Below, piece after piece: positions 1 through 12,100 of a stretch of DNA of 64,000 nt. Location: the NCBI GenBank assembly GCA_964187785.1, contig OZ076409.1, forward strand, positions 40,364,001 to 40,428,000, in the 5' to 3' direction. Every line of letters begins with the position of its first letter. Position 1 is the stretch's first letter. Below the pieces are notes generated by a model that did no database searches, was not told the origin of the DNA, and saw only the letters and a program-made list of their open reading frames with translations. The DNA is from Amphiscolops sp. MND2022. Lineage: Eukaryota. The position numbers and the translations under genes were made by a program.

Positions 1-129
1 CTTCTATCACAGTGACCGGTTTGACATCCGGTTGTCCTTACTCCTTCACTTTGAAAGCAGCTTGCGAGGAATCAGATGGCACCTCAGTTGTAGTGTCGAG
101 TGCTGCACATAATGAGGAACATTGCACAA
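1..129 (+). CDS. Host exon 1 in window (5' truncated), FN3-like repeat type A
   Basis: Reads SITVTGLTSGCPYSFTLKAACEESDGTSVVVSSAAHNEEHCT. Donor A|GTTAGT at 130. One difference from the matching part of exon 2. Confidence 0.85.
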
Positions 130-3100
130 GTTAGTTGATTTATATGGAATGACTTTTTAGTGTTATTGAACTAACAATAGAATAACTCTTTAAGTGAAGA
201 TCGTTGGTTGGATCGTAAAGTGTTTGAAATATTTAGAGCAATAAGTGTAAGTTTTTTGGATCCAATATTTTTTAGAAAGTTCTGATGAAAAGGAGATTTT
301 TGGGAAAGGCTAGTTAGATCCAATGTGGAAACAATTGTTTTGTTCGTACTTTTGCATCGCTTTTAAAATGGCTGTTACTGTTTTTCCCCTGAATTCCATG
401 CAAAAACATTGAATGGAAAGTGTAGTGTGTAATTTCAGTGGAATTATCTTTGACCAACATCTGGCGAAAACTTTTTGACGGAAAACATGTTTATACAAAT
501 TTTGACAGCAGTCAATGTTTATGTTTGGTCCAATCAAACTCGAAGTAGCGATGTAAACCTTAGACTCTTTTAATTGCCGGTTCCTGTTTTTTTAAATACG
601 TTTTGACATGAAACTGTATGAACAGACAACAGACACAACCGACTTGTGAATACCATCAAAAAGCACTTTTTTGAAAAAGAACTTTTTTATTTGCAAGTTG
701 AAGACACAATGAGCGCACGATCTTCACTTCCACTTGGTAACTTGTCCAAACACTGGTCACTTCTTGAGGTGTAGCTGTCATGGAAGTCAGAACATTGAGT
801 AGTTTCTTTTAATGATGTCGTGTAACGGCCTAACTGATGAAACGTCGAACAGTAGAGTGGAGTTAAAATTTGTACACCTAACTAATTCCCAATCAAAACG
901 TGATGATATATCCTCTTTTTGCAGATCTGATTAGTTCCTTATGAGGAACATAAAACTGTTTGGAGTTGACCTGAAAGGTGCGAGAAGTACCAACGAAGCA
1001 GCTTATGTTACATTAAATTGTCAAATAGGCTGTCTCCTGGTTAAAGTCGCTGTTGATTGAGGTGCAAGCCCCAGCTTAGAAATAAAGATTGTGTGAAAGT
1101 TTCGCATCCTTGTTTTGAAGATTGATTGTGTTATTTTTCTAGCTCCAATGGATTTGGGAGGCACGATCACAATCGACACTTCGAATACAAACGACGAAAC
1201 TTCAGTAAAGTTTGATGGGTTGATAGTTTCTGCCGGAAGAGCAAACGTTCAAGTCGCAGCTACGTCTACAACGAGCGGTTGTACTAATAAAGACACTGAT
1301 GTTGACACAGCTGTCAGTTTATCCAACACAGCTTCTTCTATCACAGTGACCGGCTTGACATCCGGTTGTCCTTACTCCTTCACTTTGAAAGCAGCTTGCG
1401 AGGAATCAGATGGCACCTCAGTTGTAGTGTCGAGTGCTGCACATAATGAGGAACATTGCACAAGTTAGTTGATTTATATGGAATGGATTTTTGATAGTGC
1501 TCTTGAACTAACAATAGAATAACTCTTTAAGTGAAGATCGTTTGTTGGATCGTAAAGTGTTTGCCATATTTAGAGCAATAAGTGTAATTTTTTTGGATCC
1601 AAAATTTTCTAGAAAGTTCTGATGAAAAAGAGATTTTTGGGAAAGGCTAGTTAGATCCAATGTGGAGATAATTATTTTGTTCGTACTTTTTCATCGCTTT
1701 TAAAATGGTTGTCACTGTTTTCCCCTGAAGTCCATGCAAAAACTCTGAATGGAAAGTGTGTAACTTCAGTGGAAATATCTTTGTCTAACTTCTGGCGAAA
1801 ACCTTTTGATGGAAAACCTGTTTATACAAAGTTTTGACTGCAGTCAAGGTTTGTGTTTGGTCCATTCAAACATGAAGTAGCCATGTAAATCTTAGACTCT
1901 TAAAACTGTCAAATTCTGTTTTTTCATTACGTTTTGACATGAAACTGTATCAACAGACAACGGACACAACTGACTAGTGAATCACTCTGGAAAGCATTGT
2001 TTTGATAAAGAAACTTTTTGTTTGCAAGTTGAAGACACAATGAACGCACGATTTTCACTTCCACTTGGTACCTTGTCCAAACACTGGTCACTGCTTAAGA
2101 AACCCTTAAGAAAGTGAGAACCCAGTGTAGTTCCTTTTAATGATGTTGTGTAACGTCCTAACTGATGAAACGTCGAACAGTAGAGTGGAGTTGAAATTGC
2201 TACACCTAACTAATGCCCAATCAAACGTGATGGTATATTCTCCTTTTGCAGATCTGATTCGTTATTTATTAGGAACAAAAAACTGTTTGGAGTTGACCTG
2301 AAAAGTGCGAGAAACACCAACGAAGCAGCTTAGGTTACATGAAATTGTCGAATAGGTTGTCTCCTGGTTAATGTCGCTGTTGATTGAGGTGCAAGCACCA
2401 GCTTAGAAATAAAGATTGTGTAAAAGTTTTGCTTCCTTGTTTTTGAAGATTGATTGTGTTATTTCTTTAGCTCCAATGGATTTGGGAGGCACAATCGCTA
2501 TCGACACTTCCAATACAAACGACGAAACTTCAGTAAAATTTGATGGGTTGATAGTTTCTGCCGGAAGAGCAAACGTTCAAGTCGAAGCTACATCTACAAC
2601 GAGCGGTTGTAATAATAAAGACACTGATGTTGACACAGCTGTCAGTTTATCCAACGCGGCATCTTCTTCTATCACAGTGACCGGTTTGACATCCGGTTGT
2701 CCTTACTCCTTCACTTTGAAAGCAGCTTGCGAAGAATCAGATGGCTCCACTGTTGTAACATCAGCTGCCAGTCATTCGGCTGATTATTGCACAACTCCGC
2801 AAGCTATCCAATCAACTGTTTTCACTCAAACCGAAGATAGTTTGACCAGTGTTACACTCACTAGTGTGACTATCACATCGGGTTCATTTGTTGATATTCT
2901 TGCAACTGCAACCGAACGTTGTTCGTCTGCTGACACAGACACTACAGCAGTGAGCAGTACATCAGTGACGACAACTCCTCATTCTTTCAATAATCTGGCT
3001 TCCGGTTGTTTGTTCACTTTCAGTTTTACGCCTCGTTGCACTGCCGATAATGGAGCTAGTTACGTTTCTGGACCGACAAAAACAGAAACTATTTGCACAA

Positions 3101-6100
3101 GTTAGAAAACCTTTAATCAAATTTTATGATATCAGTCTAGGCTATATTTCAACGAACCACTTTTACTAAGAGAACCAAAATAAACATGGAGCTACAAAAA
3201 GCACCAATACAAAGCAACAACAGCTTAGGTTCGTTCGAAATTGCTTGTAATGATCATAAATTTTCAAAAAGGCTGACTAATTGTAGAGTACACTAGTCCA
3301 AAAAGTGAGCGTTGATGCCTTTTTCTACCGACAACAAACAGGCATCGAACTAAGCATTTCGGAAAAGTCTCTGGAATAAAGTAAAAACTATTATTGAGAG
3401 TTTATTGATGCCTTCAGTTTGCAATCACCCGATCAGTTGCCGAAGACTTTCGACAACTTTTTTCTTACTATTTTAGACATTTTGTGTCAAATTTTTTGAA
3501 CAGGTCACAATTATTACAGCTTTCATGATAAACTGTGATAGCTTTAATTTTTCCACTTGATGTTTTTGCCACAGATTAGAACCTTATAAGAGTTTTACTC
3601 AGAACACAAATCTTCAGTTGTACCTATCTGGAGACAAAAGCCGAGAAACCATTTTACCTCAAGTGTTAGAAAATCAAGTAGTTAATTTTTGTTTTAAAAA
3701 AGTCAGCCCATATTCAACTAGAATCTGCTCAGAGTTCCGAAATTATGCCGTAAACGTGTGATTGACGACGTTTTCAACCTTAACAACCAAGCATTGTCAA
3801 AACTTGTTTAAATTTTGGTCATCATAACAATTTCAATTTTTGCCAGATTGCGCAATACAAGAAACACAAATGAAAAGTTGCCAAATTCCAAGAAAATTTT
3901 TGGACTCGAAGAAAGTCTAATTGAAGTGTTATTACTTACTTTTGGTTTGGCGCTGCTGACCAAAAAATTCTAACGTTTTTCGAACGTTTGAGTGATAACA
4001 TTTCAAAATGCTGGTACACAACCATTTCAAAACATTTCTTTTCAGCCTGCCAATCATTCTAGATTACATCCCTCGTTCGAATTAAACTTTACTTGAAGTA
4101 ACTTTTGACCTGCAAAAGAAAATCTACATGCGTTTGGCTCAGTTTATAGCTGGGAAAAAGCTTAAATCGTTTTCTCTAAAAGCTTTGTTTGCGTTCTCGC
4201 AAATTCATGTCGACTGGTTGAGAAAAAAATTGCAAAAACGTCCCGCAATTTGTTGACAACCATAGCATTTTAGAGACAAACAATTGATGCGTTTTTTCGT
4301 AAAATCCTGTATAGTAGTTGTTGATACCTAAAACCAATTTTGTCGTGAACGAAATGACAAGTTAGAAGAGTAGGGATCTTGTAAATGGGAAACCATTTAC
4401 CATACTATACTACATGAGTTGGACCTCTGATCGTAAAAATTGATTTGGAATCGATTAAAGGAGACCAAATTTTCCGAATTTTCGAAGAATGTGAAACTAG
4501 AAGTTAATTGAATTTCAATGTTGATTACAAAAATTTTTGTTTGATAATTCTGAGATTAATCAATTTACAAAACTTAGGAACTATCCGTTTTTCTACTGAT
4601 TTCGTTTCTAACTTGTTTCAGTTCAAATTTCGAAAGCCTTGAGAGTTGAAGAAATCGTTTTTACTATTTCAGACGCTTTTTCAACGAAAGCGTCCACTGA
4701 GATCATTTTCATCGCAAAATTTCGGAAAGAAACGTTCTTGAACAGGTCATTCCCAGAGAACTTGAATGCAATGTAATAAGATAGGGCATAAAATTCACTT
4801 TCGAAAAAATCCATTCCTAACTATAGTTTTTCTTTGATGATATCGTCATTGGTGGATGGATTAGTGTCTGTCAATCATACCAAATTGCAAAACTGGGACT
4901 GTGAGACGTCTAAATTTGCAAGCAATTTGCGCCTATATCAGGACTTAGTAGAAAGTAAGAGTTTTTGAAAGTGATATAAGCAAGCTACAAAATTGTTTGC
5001 AAAACTGATTCGGAAGTGTTATCGCAAAGTTATTGAAATTTCATCATGAATTTTTGATCGCCTCCAAAGTTTTGCCGGGTTCCAGCTAAAATAATGACAG
5101 TCAAGTTTATTCTTCTATCCATGGTTTTGGTTCTGGAATTCTACAAGCCTTCCTTATTTACGAACATCGAATAAGTTTGCCTATTCGTAGTACACTTTCT
5201 ACCGCTTTGGCCTCAAATTTTTTTAGTCGCGGCATTAAAATTTTTGCGGTTCCGTGTGAATCATTGAGAATGGAGCACTCTATGTAATGAATGTTTGAAT
5301 TGAGGGTGGTTAACGTTCATCTGTAACCTTCCATTTTTAGTCGGCGGATTTTCCTTACTATTTCAGTGTCTAGTTTTTTCATCAGACCATAGAGCTCACT
5401 CTGTATGTACCACATATTAGTTTCGGTACAGAGGATAAACGGTGTAGCGGAACCCAGCGGTCGCGGGTTCGAGTCCCTGCTTCAGCGAGAAACTTTTGCA
5501 AAACAGGACGAGACTAAAGGGCCCCTTCAATTTCACAGATTCAGACATTGTGAGGATTTTCAGAATGAACATTTCCCTTAAAATTTGGTTTTCTCAGGCC
5601 CACCACTCAATATCCGAATTTTTTTTGTTAAAGACAGGCGTTTCTTCTATGATACTTTTTAAATACTTGTTTTTATTGAAACACCCCATTTTTTCAGAAA
5701 CCAAAAATTTTGCTAGCATGGAGCACTCCGTAAGGTTTTCGGCACTATGAAACTTAGTGATGAAAATTTTGAATAAAACTTTCAAAGTATTTTGGAAATT
5801 TTATTCTCAATTTTTCGTTTTTTGAGAGATTGTTGGTGGAGCAAAAGGACTTTTTGTCTGAATTTGGGGAAAAAATTGGTTTTCGAGTCTTATTCGTATC
5901 CCTTCGGGTATTTTTGGGCTCTTTTATGATGAAATTTTAACAAAGTCTGTAGTGTCCTTTGGCAAATTTAAAAGACTTTGCTTTCTTGAACCTTGAGTGG
6001 GGCACCGAATTTGGCCGTTCCAGGCTTGTTAATATATGTCCTTTTTAATATGTCGATTCAAAATTTAGGCTCGATAAGTTTAATCGTTTCTGTTTTTTAG

Positions 6101-9100
6101 CGCATCATTTTTACTAGGTGTCCCAAAAGAATAGAAACAAAAGAATTCGAGGTTTTTCGATTATTGAGCGTTAAATTTGTTGTCGATAAGTTCTTCTCAA
6201 TAGTTATGAATATCGCCTATCAACGTGCCAACGTCATTTCGAAGGATTAGCTTGTTCGAGTTTTTTTAAAAATTTTTACACATCGTAGATGAGAAACTTT
6301 GACTCAAACGGTATTCGGACATTTTGTGGAACTTAAAAGCATCAATTAAGACCCTAATACCCTCAAGCATTCTATTTTCGGGACACTTCGTAGTGCACGA
6401 TCGAAAATGTGCCCGACTATTCCAGTCTCTAGTTTTTTTCCAGACCATAGAGCAGCTAGTTTGTCGCTGAACATTTGGTTTCTCATACAAACGTTTTAGT
6501 AGTGTACAAATACAAAAGTTTCAAGTTTCATGAATTGACCAGAAATTCAAAATGTTTTTTTTTGCTTTTCGGCGCACTTTGGGTTTCTTTCATTTTAGGT
6601 TTTTATTCGAAAAATTTCAAATACATATGCCTTGAACCTTTTGTTTTGCTGTCACATAATTATGTGGGAAAACTTCTATATTTTGAATAAAAAGTTGGAA
6701 CAAGGCAATTTTCCGAAAAAAAACCGCAGCTGAGATTCTCTTTTCATATCTGGAATGTGTCCGAACAGTAGTAACATTTGAAGTTTGTTCGGAAATACAC
6801 AATCGAATAAACTTGACTAACGTGAAAACGTTGGGTAATATTCAGGCCCAACCCGGGTTGACCCTCTTACTAGCATCTTGGCTGTCTTGGCAAGATCTTG
6901 CCAAATTCTTACTACATCTTGGCAAACATGCATCCCATGGCAAGATTCTTATTAAGATCTTACTAAGATAATGCTTATTCCAAGATCGTATCTATCACGA
7001 TGGACAAAATTTTAAGATTATAAAAAAACACTATACCTTCGGTACAAGCTGCCGAGACGCAATCTAAAGGCTCATTTCACCCAACAACGACTATTTCTAC
7101 TCATTTTCATAATCAAAATGCTTAAACCTGCTTAATGAAATTTTGCATGCAAAAATGCGTGAAAAATTACGATAACGTATTCTGGCTTCCAAAATTTTGA
7201 AGAGAATGTTAATAACTGCTTACCTGTTTAAGACTGAGAAATGTGAAATGTATCAAATGGAAGCTCCTTTCAAGCACTTTTAAAAACTTGTCACTTATCA
7301 CTCCTGTCGATTCCAGAGACGGAGAAAAACGCTCTCAAACGTCCGGAGCCACTATCGAAATGTTACACAGGAAACACCTAAAAATACGAAAATTTTGTAA
7401 AAATCATATCTCCAGCATTCTTTGAGCCTGTTTTAGCAGCCTTATTACTGCTAGAAATGGCGATCATTTACCAATTTGGGTAATGATTCAGCTCGAGGGC
7501 TTTTCTGACGCCGTTAATGGCGACAGTTTTGCAATTGAAAGAACTATTTAACCAGCAACTTACTATAAATAAACATTATCTCTTCAATTAAGTTTTATAC
7601 ATTGCAAACAGAAAATTGACATGTCTAACTAACAATGTAAATCTGCATAGATGTTGATTTTCGTTGACTTCGTTCCAGATTTGTTTTGGCAAATAGGATT
7701 TTACAATAAAATTTTTCTTGGGAACATGACTGTCTTGATAAGATCTTACCACGACATCTTGCAATTCTTGGCAATATCTTGTCACGATCTTAGCTAAGAT
7801 TTTTCCAAGATCTTGGCAAGATCTTGCCAAGATCTTACTAAGATATTCATGGAGGGTCAACCCGGGACACTTTGGTCGAAGAAGTGTAACTGACTTCGTC
7901 AAAGTCATTCTCAAACATGTTCACATAAATGGAAAAGATTCATGTTTTTGATGGAAGAACTTTCGCGAGTTTAGCTCAAGGGGAAAGGCGATTGTGATCT
8001 GGAACCCAAATCTTTAATACTTCAAAGAATATTTTGATTGACTAACTTTTTTGATAATTTTGCTGGAAAAAATGTAGGAATAAATTGGAGCGACACAACG
8101 CCTTCTATTTTCTTTCACAATGCCTTTAATTTTCAATACCACACCAACAGAGGAGTATACTGTAATAATAATTTCAGTTTACAATAATTACAGTTTATTA
8201 TTACAGTTTATAATAATTACATAATTTATTATAATTTCTCATTGAAAAATGACGCATTTTTCCAGAGCCCTCACCGCCAATTGTGGGAGCTATATCAAAC
8301 GTGCAAACCAATAGCTTCGACGTTGCTTCCATCACCGCAGCACCCAACACCTACGCTGGCTCTTTTAAGGTCCTAGTCAAATGTGGTCAATCTACCATGT
8401 TCTCAGATGATGACGCAACAGGAGCTACTTTCGCAGCCAATAATCTCTCTCCGGGCTGTAACCACGTGATCACTGCTCAAGCTCAGTGTCTAGAAGGATC
8501 CACTGTCAAAACGACAAGTGAAACCAGCACCCCCATTAGTCAATGTCTGAGTAAGTACTGTGTAAAACACAAATTCTTCAAGATTTATTTCGAGAAAGCT
8601 TAGTTGTCGAACTGTAAGTTGAAGTGCTGTCGGTGTTTAATGGACCAGAAACTTTCTGAAGCCATCGAAAAATCTGGTGCTTAAACTATAAACCTCAACA
8701 TCTCCTAAACTATTCGAGTCCGACAAACGATTTATAGCGCTTTGGAAAGAAGACAATCAGGACTTTCCTTATGATTTCTTAACTGCAGGGCTGGTGGCTT
8801 TGCGTCAAAACCTTGCCCGCCTGGTGTCTCTGATTGCAATTCAGTATGTTTCGAAACATGCTAGGGCCGCTGCGACCCAACCTTGATACCAGTGGGATAA
8901 AGTGGCCACAGACAGTAACTGGAAAAACTGAAAATCTGGACTAATTTTTTTTTTCGATTTTTGGTCTCGAGTTTTTGATCTCGGAGACATCAAGTCAATA
9001 ATTCGTGAAAATGCGTGCAATGCTATGTACCATTGTCTGAAAATCTTGTTCAAAAGTTTTTTCATACATTCAGCTAGTGCCTATAGAAGTTTGCAGAAAC

Positions 9101-12100
9101 TAACCGGTACGAAATGGTACCATGGTCCGCTTAGGCTTAAAACTTCTTCCGAAAGCTCGAAACTCCAAATTTACAGTATGTAACGGCAACTGCCCATGTC
9201 AAAATTTTCGAAGCAAAAATTCGTTCAAATCTGACGTGGCACTCAAACATGCTCCAGACGAAAGACCTGTCAAAAAAGCAGATCAGAAATCAGAAATCGC
9301 CCCCGCGAGCGAAGACGAGAAGAGAAGACGTAGAAAACAGTCCCTAGAACACGGTGAAGTGCTCATCTTTGGTCTTTGGCGTTTACACTACATAGGCAAC
9401 GGAAACCGGTGTTCCAGATGCTCGCCTGAAGATCCTGCGGCGTCCTGTGCGGTGACGAGCGCTAGCGCTGGGAAGCCATGGTCAATTCATTCCTACTAAA
9501 AACTCAAACTTCTGATATTGTTGTGCTTGTTGTGCTTTCCTTGTTGTAGTAGATTGATATGCTCGAGAGCTGCCCATTTACATCTATGGTTACCCCTTTT
9601 TGATGTCGATTTTATCAGATTCTCCAATACTATGGCTCTACATCCTCCCGTTTTCAGCCCCCTTTTTAAAGGCTAATTGAGCAGTGGTCTTGAGACATGC
9701 AAGATGCCCGTTACTTTTAGCAATTACAGACTAGGACCAGGCCAGAGAGTTTCCAACAAGACGGTTCCCCCACCTTGGGACTGGCTCCTTCGGAGGGAAA
9801 ATGAGCTAGGGCCGCGGAGATCTAAGTCCCAGATTACATTCGCTGTTCTAGTTCCTCCACTCTACGTTGCGGTTCAAGCGCCAGCGCTTATCGTTACATA
9901 GAACCTCATTTTTTTTGCGACCACAGAGGGATCGTCTTGGGAAGCTTTCCCTAGCGGTTTTTAAAAGATCTGGCCCCCTGGTAATCAGCGCCAAGCCCGT
10001 TTCGACTCTGAAGAAGGAGAGAGAAGCAGAGTTTTGCCCTTTTTTAGTCGTGTGACATTCTACTGGAACTGGGAGAAGCGTTGAACCAGAGAAAACCCGA
10101 AAAAATCACGTTTTCAGGTGCGAAAATGGTATTTTTAGGTGTTTTGGAAGGAAATCGATATTTTTGTGTGATGTGTTGTGTGCCCATCAGCGGGTATCTT
10201 TTTGCAGGTGCTGAAGACCGTAGCACGTGGCTACGGGTGTTTAACAGGTTTTGCAAGCTATTTTCAGCCATTTTATGCCATGCAAGAGGGTGACTGGTGG
10301 ATGGCTGACCATGAACCAGCGAGGCGAAGGGGAAGTCAAATTGTGTGTTGCCTACTTCCTACTCCCATTTCTCGTGGAGACGTCCTAGAGGTATGGTTTT
10401 TGGTGGACAGCAAGTGCAATTGCAGACGATGCTAATGGTCCAACCCGCGTGTCTCTATCTGGTCTGGATGTGGAGAAAAAGCGTGGTGAAGGTGCACCCC
10501 CTGTGACCGGACGCGTCGCTCAAATGGCTCATGGTCGGTGAAATTTTTGAAAATGCACCTTTTTCGACGGGGAATCGTTGGTGCAGGTCAGTAATGTTTT
10601 ATTGTAGATGTAACGACACCCTACGAAGTGCTTTTCTGCAAAAAAGATAGCACTTGCGTGAAAAAACCTTGATTTTGCGTTTTTTTCGTGTTTTTCGTGG
10701 TTTTGAGCACTTGTGCTCAACGGAGCCAGGAAAACTTCATGAAAAGTGTTGTACAAAGCAGCTACAAGGCTCGAGAAAGCTAGTACGAGGCACAGAAGGC
10801 CGTAATTTAGCCTTTGGTTGTGATAAAAGTGCCGATCTAGCACCAGAAAATTGCAAAAAAGTGGAATTTTGACCAAAATGGCACCCAGAAACACAGGCGT
10901 ACACTGGTGTAGAAGTATGAAAAAGCAGTGTACGGTGTTTTGTCAAGCGTAGTAAACCCACGGGACACTAACTGTAACTTTTGCAGCGGATTCAGGCAGC
11001 CTGGGGCTGACACGGTGCAAAAAACCGGTAATTTAAGGTGTTTTTAGGCATAGAAGGTGCATTGTCTGAAAGTCTTGAGGGTGAAGCTTAGTGGACCAGA
11101 GCGAGTCTGAACGCTCTTATTTTCTGTTTTGGCAATAAAAATAGCGCACAGTGGTGAAAACCGCGTGCAAAAATTCCTTTTCATTGCTGAGAAAAGTTGA
11201 AAAACCTTGATTTTTAGTCAGTTTTAGGAGTGTCTGAGTACACAGTTAAAACCCCTTGGGCACTCTATCTTCTTGTTAGCTAGGAGCCTTCGCGCTCTCA
11301 TTTTCTGTTTCTATAATAAAAATAACGCATTGTGGTGAAAACCGCATGCAAAAACTCCCATTCAGTGCTGAGAAAAGTGGAAAAACGCACTGAATCTGAT
11401 CAATTTTCCACAAAACCGGACTGTCTTTGAGCTAGGGTCGGGTCATCGATTCCTGAACCCTAGCCAAAAAGTGGTTGCATTTCCGTAACCACCACAAAAA
11501 GTAACGTTAGTGCCGAAATTTTGGTGGGCGTATCGTTCCCCAAAGTCGAGAAAAGCTCTCTGACGTTTTGACTCCAGAGAAGCTGAAAAAGCCGAAAAAA
11601 TCCAAAACTGCAAGACCGTCAGTGCCTTATATCCAACGGGCACAACCAATTGAGGGTTTATCCCAGTGCTACGGATAGTGGGGCGACACGTTGGTCCCAT
11701 TTTGCCCGCCGTATCACTTTCTGAGGTGATCCTCTTGGTCAATTTGTGAGAAAAGTCGTCAAAAACAGTGTTTTTTTGTGTACAACGTACCTAGTGGGTC
11801 GAAACCTCAAATAAGCGCTCGCGCTTCAATTCGACCTTATCAGTGGCATTATAGGTGCCCACTGGCATAAACTACCAAGTTTGGTGCCGATCTGTATGAT
11901 ACTTGTTGAGAAAATAGAAAAAACGTGGCACCCAAAAAGGCGTGCAAAAAGGCAGTTTTTTCTTAATTTTTCCAAGTAACCCGGGCACCTTAGCCGAAGG
12001 GTGGGGCCATATTGCTGCCCATCATCGTAACCTGTGCTAGTTCCTACGTCGTTGCAGAGAATTTGAGCTTGCTAGCTTTTTTCAGTGGACCGCAATCTTG

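Larger units (their letters stand above)
1..2750 (+). repeat. Tandem duplication of an intron+exon unit, period ~1330 bp
   Basis: Intron 130-1142 aligns end to end with intron 1464-2470 (roughly 90% by eye). Exons 1, 2 and the 5' part of exon 3 are near-identical. Confidence 0.95.

Noticed and set aside
5415..5490. Possible tRNA gene (GGTTCGAGTCCC T-loop/B-box)
   Set aside because: I could not build a cloverleaf with acceptor and anticodon stems. It is attached to a degenerate repeat, so it is treated as a tRNA-derived fragment.
9122..9901. ORFs 9122..9499 and 9677..9901 and their copies at 27423 and 27864
   Set aside because: They lie within the LTRs, so their duplication reflects LTR identity; no recognisable protein.
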